Shown here one piece after another: positions 22,001-29,448 of a stretch of DNA of 64,000 nt; the stretch's first letter is position 1, and every line of letters begins with the position of its first letter. Position numbers and translations under genes: made by a program. Below the pieces are notes generated by a model, which was given only the letters and a program-made list of their open reading frames with translations, was not told the origin of the DNA and ran no database searches. Source of the stretch: an uncultured Gemmatimonadales bacterium (lineage in GTDB: Bacteria; Gemmatimonadota; Gemmatimonadetes; Gemmatimonadales; Gemmatimonadaceae); the NCBI GenBank assembly GCA_963701965.1, contig OY969695.1, forward strand, positions 1,536,001-1,600,000, given 5' to 3'.

Positions 22001-22018
22001 CGTGCGCTGACGAGTCAT
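18998..22018 (-). CDS. SusC/RagA-family TonB-dependent receptor (pair 1)
   Basis: Signal peptide, N-terminal carboxypeptidase-regulatory-like domain, IRIRG, PLLVIDGV, LKGPAASALYG..GANGVI, GRNL..FDPE. Confidence 0.93.
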   Translation of the reverse strand: MTRQRTRQLVLVCTAAVGICSPAWAQRAIVVGRVTDTATNTGIPDAQVRVTGTTLGTSTRADGTYRLAGLHTGSITLSALRLGYVASNKTVTVPDTGTLTVDFALTQSKVELDQIVVTATGALERKREEGMSVATLNVDSIPATAVANFSDVLSSREAGVSVQMQSGTTGGGSRIRIRGSNSASLDNQPLLVIDGVRVDNTEAAFSSSVFVGGQAPSRFDDLNPDEIEDVTILKGPAASALYGSAGANGVIQVITKKGRAGHAEWNGHVEYGSVRNYTDMPANYGRNGVDAFGDTTGFCTLAAQGAGDCTPVAGGGLFSFNPLQTFSPFVAGYRSGYGGSVSGGTDVATIFVAGDYYKEQGVYANNTAKRANVRSNLHTVLSPKFDASINVGYLAGVTGLPQNDNASFGVLSGGLLGQPFFDPVTKGFSSGVTPQLLAGYLTDQSTDRFTVGATANWHPLEWFSWINTAGLDYSTIFDVVKLPPGVFPAGSQLSNGQSQENPSKHYTWTATSTASAQYPINESIKGTSSIGMQFVQTVVNGVQANCTTQVPGTGTIAGCTTNLALPFAGNTTIAQPGGFLQQQFAWRDKVFLTGALRGDEVSSFGTDVPAQFYPSVSASWVIGEEPFFPKTDIVSSLRLRAAYGESGQFPQFRQASNAAVARATKKAGVDLASATDSLFGNPQLSPERTREFEGGFDAGFWKDRITVDATIYSKQTNQALVQRVLAPSTGADVQFVNLGEVTNKGFELGINGTLVDSRNIRADLGVTASVNHNKLVKLGQGISPITFDAGNASDTQEHTPGYSLGGFWSYPYTFKDVNHDGIIEANEITVGPNLQFFGNSQPSDEYSLSPAITLFHFIKVSAVFDRHAGVLTYNGTEEFRCGFAFEICPALYVKSTPLNQQAAAVVSGFAGAGLGTGSDAGFFEDGSFWKWRELTVTLTAPRKWAQKIGASDMSFSISGRNLHTWTNYRGFDPEINFGFDSDQFTSSDFLTQPPVRYWTGRVNITW

Positions 22019-22083
22019 AGAATCATGCTCCGCCCCCCGTTACAGTCCCGGACACCATTGTCACAAAAGCAGCCTTGCCGCCC

Positions 22084-22111
22084 AGAATATGACAACACCG
22101 GGTAAAGTCAA
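22084..22111 (-). promoter_or_regulatory. Candidate sigma70 promoter for susC1
   Basis: TTGACT-16 bp-TATTCT on the - strand, 65 bp upstream of the ATG. Confidence 0.45.
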
Positions 22112-22130
22112 GCGCGACATTGCCTACCTG

Positions 22131-22937
22131 ATGAGCTGGACCGTCGTGATCGTTCCCCATGGCAGTGATGCCTCGCGCCACGTGCACGTCTCTACGAGAG
22201 CGTTGCGCGCGGTGAAGTGGGGGGCGTGCGTCATCGCCGCCGGCGTCGTGGTGGTCGCCGTCGGGATCGGAGTCCACATGGGCAAGGGCAACGCCACCGC
22301 GGTGACAACGCTCGAAAGAAACGTCGCCGTGTTGCAGGACACGGTCGCGTCGCTCACGAAGAAGGACGATCAGCTGCGCCTCTTGGCGGGCCTGCCGGCG
22401 GCAGAGCCGGACAGTGTCGCACCGTTCGCCACGGTCGGGATTGACGGGCTGATCCGCCACGCGAACGATCTCTCGGCGAGCTTCGCCGAGGTGAGCGCCC
22501 GGCTGTCCAAGAACGTGGAGCGGTTGGCGTCGACGCCGTCCATCATGCCGACGACGGGCTGGCTCTCCAGCGAGTTCTCCCGCAGCCGCTTCCATCCGAT
22601 CCTACACAAGGCGCGTCCGCACGAGGGCATCGATCTCGCGGCGCCTTATGGCACGCCGGTGGTGGCGCCGGCCGCCGGTGTCGTCGAGCGCATCACGGAG
22701 CAGACGGGCTACGGTCTGGTGTTGGAGATCGATCACGGCAACGGGGTCGAGACCAAGTACGCGCATCTGTCGCGCGTCGTGGCCCGCGTCGGCCAGCGCG
22801 TGACGCGCGGCCAGGCGATCGCCGCGATCGGCAACAGCGGGCTCTCCACGGGGCCCCACCTGCACTATGAAGTGCACGTCAACGGCAAGGTCGTCGATCC
22901 GTTGACCTACGTGCTGCCGGGCGCGATTCCCGACTAA
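22131..22937 (+). CDS. M23-family metallopeptidase (N-terminal TM and coiled coil)
   Basis: HEGID, YAHL, STGPHLHYEV motifs. Alternative ATG at 22089. Confidence 0.92.
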   Translation: MSWTVVIVPHGSDASRHVHVSTRALRAVKWGACVIAAGVVVVAVGIGVHMGKGNATAVTTLERNVAVLQDTVASLTKKDDQLRLLAGLPAAEPDSVAPFATVGIDGLIRHANDLSASFAEVSARLSKNVERLASTPSIMPTTGWLSSEFSRSRFHPILHKARPHEGIDLAAPYGTPVVAPAAGVVERITEQTGYGLVLEIDHGNGVETKYAHLSRVVARVGQRVTRGQAIAAIGNSGLSTGPHLHYEVHVNGKVVDPLTYVLPGAIPD

Positions 22938-22971
22938 AAAAACCGGCCCGGGGATCGCTCCCCGGGCCGGT
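22936..22971 (-). terminator. Intrinsic terminator after susD2 (possibly bidirectional)
   Basis: 13-bp stem accggcccgggga/tccccgggccggt, 4-nt loop, followed by a U-tract on the - strand. Confidence 0.85.
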
Positions 22972-22990
22972 GATCATCACTCCTCGGCGA

Positions 22991-24481
22991 CTACGAGCAG
23001 GTCGCCGCGAAGTTGTTGTTCCGCTCCTGTCGCTCGACGGCCGGGATGTTCTCCATCGAGGTGTGGAAGTCCTTCGTGCCCCAGGTCGTCAGATCCTGCA
23101 TGATGAGACCATAGTCGCGGATCGACGAGATCTGGTCGGCGGTTCCGTCCATCAAGAGGGAGACCAGCTGCTCCTTCATGAGGAAGTCGCGCACGCTCGT
23201 CGCGCTGGTCGTGGTCACCACCGCGAGCCCACTCGGCAAACCGCCGACGGTCGTGCGCACCGCATCGACCGTCTGCGCCGCGAGCAGCAACTGACCCGTG
23301 CCGAGGTAGGCCCGCGCCAGCAGGAACTGCAGCTCGACGTTGCGAATGAGCACCATCGGCGATCCGATGCTGATGTTCGCCAGATTCATGGAATAGCTCG
23401 ACGAAACCTCGAACCCCGGCGAGGTCGGGAGCGCCTTGTTCTTCGCGAACTTCGCCAGCCACCGCTGATCGTTGAGCGTATCGACCTGCTTCGCGGTGGT
23501 CTCCAGCGCGTAGATCGACCCGGCATTCCCGAAGATCGGGTTGGCCACGTCGCCCGACGAACCGCTAAAGGAGTGGAAGACGCCAATATCATTGGCCGCG
23601 ATCGCCTCACCGGCGGACAGGGACGCCGAATACAGCGACGACGCTTTGATGTCCAGAATCGCCGAGTCAAGCTGCGCTTGATTCGGTTGTCCGAGCGATG
23701 TCGCCGTCGGGACCGAGGCCCCGCCGGCCTGCCGCGCGATGGCGTACGCGTACTCGATCCGCGCTTTGGCACGGAGCGCCAGCGTCAGGCTCTCGAACCC
23801 GCCGGCCGTCGAGCCGAGCGCCGCATAGCCCGGCGGCATCGTCAGCGTGAAGGCGCCTCCCGGAATACCCAAGAGGGTCCCCGCTCCAGCGGCATCGAGC
23901 TCCGTTTTCGCGGAGTCGAACATAAGCACAATCTGGCCCCACGCGAGCTTATTGCAGAGAATGGGCGCCAGGCTACCCACGAAGGGTTTGCCAACGGCGT
24001 TGATCGCTACGCCGTTCGTGTCGTGGGACATGGCGACATACATGTAATCCATCGCCTTGAGCGTCTCGAGCACGCCGTTGAGCGCATGCAAGTTCGCCGC
24101 CGGCATGGCGGCGCCGTCCACCGTGATCGTCGGGAGGATCCCTTGCACGGTGTCCGCGACCTTCGCGGCATTGTATTCCAAGTCCCAACTGCTGGCGCCG
24201 AAGTTGTCATTGTCCAGCGGTTGGTCGCCAGTCAGCTGCGTGACGAATCGCTCTTCGGACGGCGTGTAGTACGCCGCGACGCGCGCAAAGGCTTCCGAGG
24301 AGAGAGTGAACGCCCCCAGGTCATCGCGGATGCGGCTGAAGGCGCCGGTAAACTCGTTCTGGAGCGACGCGGCCGCGTGGGGGAAGGACGTGAGATTGTT
24401 GAAGTCGGGGACGAACGCCTCGTTGCAGCCCACCACGGTCAAGGCGGCGCCCAGTGTCGCTAGGGTTCGATATGGACGCAT
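22991..24481 (-). CDS. SusD/RagB-family lipoprotein (pair 2)
   Basis: Lipobox VVGC, LIRNVELQFLLARAY, VDAVR. Starts 3 bp after SusC. Confidence 0.85.
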   Translation of the reverse strand: MRPYRTLATLGAALTVVGCNEAFVPDFNNLTSFPHAAASLQNEFTGAFSRIRDDLGAFTLSSEAFARVAAYYTPSEERFVTQLTGDQPLDNDNFGASSWDLEYNAAKVADTVQGILPTITVDGAAMPAANLHALNGVLETLKAMDYMYVAMSHDTNGVAINAVGKPFVGSLAPILCNKLAWGQIVLMFDSAKTELDAAGAGTLLGIPGGAFTLTMPPGYAALGSTAGGFESLTLALRAKARIEYAYAIARQAGGASVPTATSLGQPNQAQLDSAILDIKASSLYSASLSAGEAIAANDIGVFHSFSGSSGDVANPIFGNAGSIYALETTAKQVDTLNDQRWLAKFAKNKALPTSPGFEVSSSYSMNLANISIGSPMVLIRNVELQFLLARAYLGTGQLLLAAQTVDAVRTTVGGLPSGLAVVTTTSATSVRDFLMKEQLVSLLMDGTADQISSIRDYGLIMQDLTTWGTKDFHTSMENIPAVERQERNNNFAATCS

Positions 24482-24484
24482 TGG

Positions 24485-27460
24485 TCAGAGACCCAGGTCG
24501 ATAGAGATGAAATAGCTACGCGTCGGAGGAAATGGCGTGACATCCTGTCCGCGGCCGATCTGCTGCGAACCGAAGTTGCTGACTTCCGGATCCAGCCCCG
24601 GATAGTTCGTCCAGGTGATCAGGTTACGACCCGTAAGGCTCAAGGATGCGTTCCGCAGGTAACCACTGCTGGCGCGGTTCACGAACCGCGACGGCAGATC
24701 GTACTTGAGCGTCAATTCGCGCAACTTGAGGAATGACGCGTGCTGCACGTACGCGGTAATGTTGTTGCCCAGTTCGCCGATGCGTTTGTTGGCCGCGGCG
24801 GTATCGGCGAGGTTGCCCGCGAACCCGAACGCGCCGTCGAAATACTCCTCGGTCAGGTCGGCGACCGACTGGCCTTCCCGCCAATCGAAGAACGTGTGTA
24901 AGTGGAGCGGCCCGTAGTTCAGGTCCTGGCCGAAACCAAGCGTGAGGGCCGGCGCGGCGTTGCCCATCTGCACCGGCGTACCCGTCGCCGCGGTCGCCGC
25001 CGTCACGCCGTAGATCGCGTTCGCCGAGGCACCAGGCGTGACCTGATAGCCACCAAACGGGAAGTATCCGAAGAAGCTGCCGGCCTCGAACGGCGGGATC
25101 GGCAGGTTGTCCACGCGGTCGTAGGTGCGTGTGAAGAGCTCCGTGGTGTTCCACGAGAACTTGCCGATCTGGACGGGCGTCGCGGCGAACTGCAGCTCGA
25201 TACCTTGATTCGTCAGCTGGCCGCCGTTCGTCCAGGAGTTCGTGAATCCGGAAGACGGCAGCACGCTCTCGAACAGCAGCAGGTTGGTGATCCGCTTCTG
25301 GAAGATCGTCGCATTGAGGCTCGCGCGACCCTTGAACATCGAGAGGTCGACACCGGTCTCGAGGCTGGTATTGGTCTCAGGTCGGATCGTCGGATCCCCA
25401 CTGGTCTCGCTGAAGCGCACGCCCGTGATGCCCGTGTTGTTGGTCGTGATGCTGGTGTTGAACTTGAGGCCGTAGTTTGGGAGGTTGCCGGCCTGGCCGT
25501 ACGCGAAGCGGAGCTTGAGTTCGTTGTCACCGGTGAACACGCGGTACGACGCAGCGACCTTCGGATAACCGTAGAAGTGATCGATGTTGCCGTTGTTGCT
25601 GCTGCGCTCCAGGTTGAAACCGCCGGTCAGGGACAGACGCTCGGCGAAAAGCAGCAGCTGCTCCTGTGCGTAGTACCCGTAGTCGTTCGCCTCCTGCTGT
25701 TGGTAGAAGGGGGTCAAGGTCGAGGCGCTGGTGAAGGCCAGCGACCCCGTGACCAAGCCCTGACCGTTGTCGAACGTGAGATACGTCGCTTCCTTGTCGC
25801 GCGTGAGTCCGATCGACGTCGTCGCTGACAGCAGGGAGCTTGGCGTGAAGCGGTGGATCAAGCTCACCGAGAAGTTCGAAAGCCGATCGTACCCGCTGCT
25901 GCTGGTGCTGACGCCCGGCGTCGTCACCAGGGCGGACTGCTCGACCTGCAGGTCGGGCGACATGTAGAACTGGTCCCGGACGTTGGCGAAATCAGCGCCG
26001 CCGACCAGCGCCAGCTCAAGACTCTGCGTGCTGCCGGTGAACATCTTCCAGTTCACGTTGCCGCCGAGGGTCGTGCGGTTCACTTCCTCCGGCGTGCTGA
26101 TCGCGTGCGCATCCTGGAAGGCGTTCGCCGGACCGAACGGATTGAAGGCGTAACCGCCGCCGCTGACGTGGCAGCTCATGCAGAACCACGACGGCGTGTA
26201 GGAGATGGCGTCGTACCCCGAGATCCCCAGGTTGTCATTGCCATTGACGCCGCGCCGCGTCAAGGACGACGTGTACGCGACATTGGCGCCCACGGTGATC
26301 GTACTGAACAGCGTCTGCGTCAGGTTGGCGCGCGCCGACTGCTTGTTGTACCCCGTATTGATCTGGGCTCCATTGTCGTACTTCGTCATGCCGGAGACGA
26401 AGTACGTCGTGTTGGGTGTGCCCCCACGGAGGGTGAGGTCACTCTCGTTCGACAGCTGCCCACCGCCGTACAGCTGCTGCTGGAAATCGCAGAAGCTGTG
26501 GCACGAATTGAAGTTCGCTTGCACCTCCGCCGCCGACATGTTGACGGCCGCGCCCTGCGCGGTCGCCTCGGCCAGCGTAAAGTGCCGCACGTCCAGCTCA
26601 TGCTCGAGCGTGTACGTGCCGAACTTCTGGGAGAAGTCGATTTGTGCCTTGCCGGACTGACCCTTCTTCGTGGTGATGACGACGACACCACCCGCCGCTC
26701 GGCTTCCGTAGATCGACGCCGCGGCCGCGCTCTGCAGCACGGTCATCGACTCAATGTCGTTCGGGTTGAGATCGGCGATGCGGTTGACGCTCTGGTCCTG
26801 ATTGCCCGGCGTCATGGTGCCGTTCTGACTGCCAGCGCTGGTGATCGCGTTGAGACCGGAGGGGGTCGTCTCGTTCGCGACGATGACGCCATCGACGACG
26901 TACAGGGGATCGGAGCTGGCGTTAATCGTCGTGACGCCGCGGATGTTGACCTGGAGACCGCCACCGGGAGCGCCGGAGTTCTGCTCGACGAGGACGCCCG
27001 CCACCTTCCCTTGCAGCGCGTTCTCGACGGTGGCCGTTGGGGCGCCATTCAACTGCTCCGTGGTGAGCACAGGATCGTACGTGGAGGCGTTCTTCGTGGA
27101 AACCGTCGTCGCGACGCCCGTCACGACCTGCTGCTCCAGCTGCAGCACGTCGCGCGTCAGGGCGATCGTGTAGTCGGTCTGCCCCGCGACGATGGGAATG
27201 GTGCTGCTGCGATAACCAATGCGGCGCACGGTGAAGCTCTTGGTGTCCGCGGGGAGGTTGCGGAGCGTGAAGCGACCGCTGTCGGTGGTCTGGGCGCCGA
27301 TCGTCGTGCCCAGCACGGTGACTTGCGCCGCGGGAACGGATTCTTTGTTCTCCGCGTCGATGACGCGCCCGGTGATGCGCTGGGGTTGCTGGCCGGATAC
27401 GCTGCGCGCAAGAGCAAGCGCCAGCGCTACGGCCGTCGCGATAGACGAACGTATTCTCAC
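24485..27460 (-). CDS. SusC/RagA-family TonB-dependent receptor (pair 2)
   Basis: GGAGG RBS plus GTG, LQGKVAGV, PLYVVDGV, DLNPNDIES, GRNL..GLDPEV. Confidence 0.93.
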   Translation of the reverse strand: MRIRSSIATAVALALALARSVSGQQPQRITGRVIDAENKESVPAAQVTVLGTTIGAQTTDSGRFTLRNLPADTKSFTVRRIGYRSSTIPIVAGQTDYTIALTRDVLQLEQQVVTGVATTVSTKNASTYDPVLTTEQLNGAPTATVENALQGKVAGVLVEQNSGAPGGGLQVNIRGVTTINASSDPLYVVDGVIVANETTPSGLNAITSAGSQNGTMTPGNQDQSVNRIADLNPNDIESMTVLQSAAAASIYGSRAAGGVVVITTKKGQSGKAQIDFSQKFGTYTLEHELDVRHFTLAEATAQGAAVNMSAAEVQANFNSCHSFCDFQQQLYGGGQLSNESDLTLRGGTPNTTYFVSGMTKYDNGAQINTGYNKQSARANLTQTLFSTITVGANVAYTSSLTRRGVNGNDNLGISGYDAISYTPSWFCMSCHVSGGGYAFNPFGPANAFQDAHAISTPEEVNRTTLGGNVNWKMFTGSTQSLELALVGGADFANVRDQFYMSPDLQVEQSALVTTPGVSTSSSGYDRLSNFSVSLIHRFTPSSLLSATTSIGLTRDKEATYLTFDNGQGLVTGSLAFTSASTLTPFYQQQEANDYGYYAQEQLLLFAERLSLTGGFNLERSSNNGNIDHFYGYPKVAASYRVFTGDNELKLRFAYGQAGNLPNYGLKFNTSITTNNTGITGVRFSETSGDPTIRPETNTSLETGVDLSMFKGRASLNATIFQKRITNLLLFESVLPSSGFTNSWTNGGQLTNQGIELQFAATPVQIGKFSWNTTELFTRTYDRVDNLPIPPFEAGSFFGYFPFGGYQVTPGASANAIYGVTAATAATGTPVQMGNAAPALTLGFGQDLNYGPLHLHTFFDWREGQSVADLTEEYFDGAFGFAGNLADTAAANKRIGELGNNITAYVQHASFLKLRELTLKYDLPSRFVNRASSGYLRNASLSLTGRNLITWTNYPGLDPEVSNFGSQQIGRGQDVTPFPPTRSYFISIDLGL

Positions 27461-27541
27461 TGCGTCCTCCGATTGTGTGGGGCTAGGGTCTGGACTGCTC
27501 GGGCGTGGTCCAGCAGACGTCAGAAGTTCGCTTGGCCCTCC

Positions 27542-27555
27542 TACTATAGATGTAG
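27542..27555. promoter_or_regulatory. Candidate operator box TACTATAGATGTAG
   Basis: Matches the 14-bp unit triplicated at 38160-38201 and lies just downstream of the predicted promoter. Confidence 0.55.
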
Positions 27556-27579
27556 AACGAAAAACATCGAACGAGCGTT

Positions 27580-27608
27580 ATCGTAGAACGCATGAGTTGC
27601 GATGTCAA
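27580..27608 (-). promoter_or_regulatory. Sigma70-type promoter for susC2
   Basis: TTGACA-17 bp-TACGAT. Confidence 0.7.
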
Positions 27609-27761
27609 GAAATGGCTAAGACCATTCGGGCGCGATCTCGCCGGGCCACTTTACCCAAGTACTTATCTCACAAGTGGATGCCTTGGCACGATGGGCGCAT
27701 AAAGAATGTATAAAGATTGCCAGGCAGCGGTGTTTGTCAAAGTTTCGTCAGGTGGATACGT

Positions 27762-27793
27762 AGACAGCCCGGGAGGTTGCTCCCGGGCTGTCT
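27762..27793 (-). terminator. Hairpin/terminator after susD3
   Basis: Perfect 14-bp stem agacagcccgggag/ctcccgggctgtct with a 4-nt loop. No clear U-tract. Confidence 0.65.
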
Positions 27794-27825
27794 CCGTTCC
27801 GTGCGCGTCGCGTAATGGCGAACGA

Positions 27826-29445
27826 TCAGTGCGTGCGCACGACTCTGACCACAGGAGGTGCCCGCCGGGTCGCGATCGACGCCGTTGGCGCGCCGGAGCA
27901 CGTCGGGGTGATGTTCCCCCCGCGCGGATCGGCTTCGGTGGACGGGATCGGCAACAGGGTCGTGTGCAAATCCACCCGCCCGTTGGCCGCGCCGGCTGCC
28001 GAGTCGGGCCCTGACCTTCCTATGAACGTGGTGTCTTTCTCCGCCGCCACGTTGAAGTCGCGGAGTGCCATCACCCGATCCCCCTGCCCCTCGGCCAGCA
28101 AGCTGACGCGCTGCTCCCGCAGGAAGAAATCGCGCACCGACGCGTAGTCCGTCGGCGTCACGGTGAACGTGCGCAGGACGCCGGCGCCATTGGAGATGGC
28201 GGGCGTGGTCAGGGCGCTGGGCAGGCCACCCACCAACCTCCGCACGCTGTCGACCACGGTCGCCGCGTTCGCGAACTGGCGCAAGCCGAGATAGATCTGG
28301 GCGAGGTAGAATCGGAGTTGGACGCTCCGGACGATGGGCAGCGGCGTCTGCCCGGTCATATAACTCGACGTATTGATGATCCACGTCGATCCGAGCATGG
28401 GCGCCGGTGCCGCAGTCGGTCCGGCGCCGACGTTGGTGAACTTCACCAGGAAACGGGCGTCCGTCGTATCGATCTCGCTCATCGCGTCGAATATGGCGTA
28501 ATATCCGGGCGCGTCGGCAAAGATCGGGTTGGAGAGATCACCCGACGCCGTGCTGAACGAGTGCGACACGAATGCGTCGGTGTTGGGATTCGCCGCCGTG
28601 AGCGAGAGCGGCGCCCAGAGCACGCCGGCCGCCTGCAGCGCGCGGATGTCGGCCAGCGCCGAATCCAGCTGCGCCACGTTCGGCGAGCCCGGGCTCGTCG
28701 CCGTCGCGCCGCGGCCGTTCTGCCGCGCGATCGCCCACGCGTACTCGATGCGGGCTCGCACGCGCAACGCCATTGTCAGGGACTGCTGTGTCACCGCCGA
28801 GCTGCTGACCAGATTGAAGCTCGGGGGCCAGCTGAGACCCGAGACGCCCGCGGGGCCTGCCTTGACCAGCGAGTCCTGCGCCGAATCGAGCATGGCCACG
28901 ATCTCCTTCCAGACCAACTCATTGCACAGGATCGGCGCCAGTGGGGCGCTCGGCGTGGCGCCGACCTGGTGGATCGGCACACCGTTCGTGTCCCGCGACT
29001 CGGCCAGATACATGTAGTTGAGCGCCTTCATCGTCTCCAGCGCGCCGAACAACGCTTGCTGCTGCGCCCGCGGTAATGTCGCACCGTTCTCATTGATCGT
29101 CGGAATGACGGCGATGACCGTATCGGCTCCCTTGACCGTCTTGAAGAGGAGATCCCAGACCGTCCCGCCAATGAAGTCATCGGGCTGAATGGCGTGATTT
29201 CCCAACAGCTCGGTCTGGAACCGCGGTTCGGATGAGATGAAGTACGTGACGTCCCGGCCCAGCGCGTTGGACCAGATGGCCCAGTTGCCCGCATCGGGCC
29301 GCATGCCGTTCAACACCCCGGTGAACTCCACCTGCACGCCAGACTGATTGTGCGGGAAGGCGGTCGGTGCGTTGAAGTTCGGCACGACCGAGTTTTCGCA
29401 CGCGGTCACGCCGGTGATGAGTGCGAGTAAGCAATATGGGCGCAT
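27826..29445 (-). CDS. SusD/RagB-family lipoprotein (pair 3)
   Basis: Lipobox VTAC. Clear paralogue of SusD2 (LETMKALNYMY, DTNGV, APILCN, SVRDF). Confidence 0.85.
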   Translation of the reverse strand: MRPYCLLALITGVTACENSVVPNFNAPTAFPHNQSGVQVEFTGVLNGMRPDAGNWAIWSNALGRDVTYFISSEPRFQTELLGNHAIQPDDFIGGTVWDLLFKTVKGADTVIAVIPTINENGATLPRAQQQALFGALETMKALNYMYLAESRDTNGVPIHQVGATPSAPLAPILCNELVWKEIVAMLDSAQDSLVKAGPAGVSGLSWPPSFNLVSSSAVTQQSLTMALRVRARIEYAWAIARQNGRGATATSPGSPNVAQLDSALADIRALQAAGVLWAPLSLTAANPNTDAFVSHSFSTASGDLSNPIFADAPGYYAIFDAMSEIDTTDARFLVKFTNVGAGPTAAPAPMLGSTWIINTSSYMTGQTPLPIVRSVQLRFYLAQIYLGLRQFANAATVVDSVRRLVGGLPSALTTPAISNGAGVLRTFTVTPTDYASVRDFFLREQRVSLLAEGQGDRVMALRDFNVAAEKDTTFIGRSGPDSAAGAANGRVDLHTTLLPIPSTEADPRGGNITPTCSGAPTASIATRRAPPVVRVVRTH

Positions 29446-29448
29446 GGG

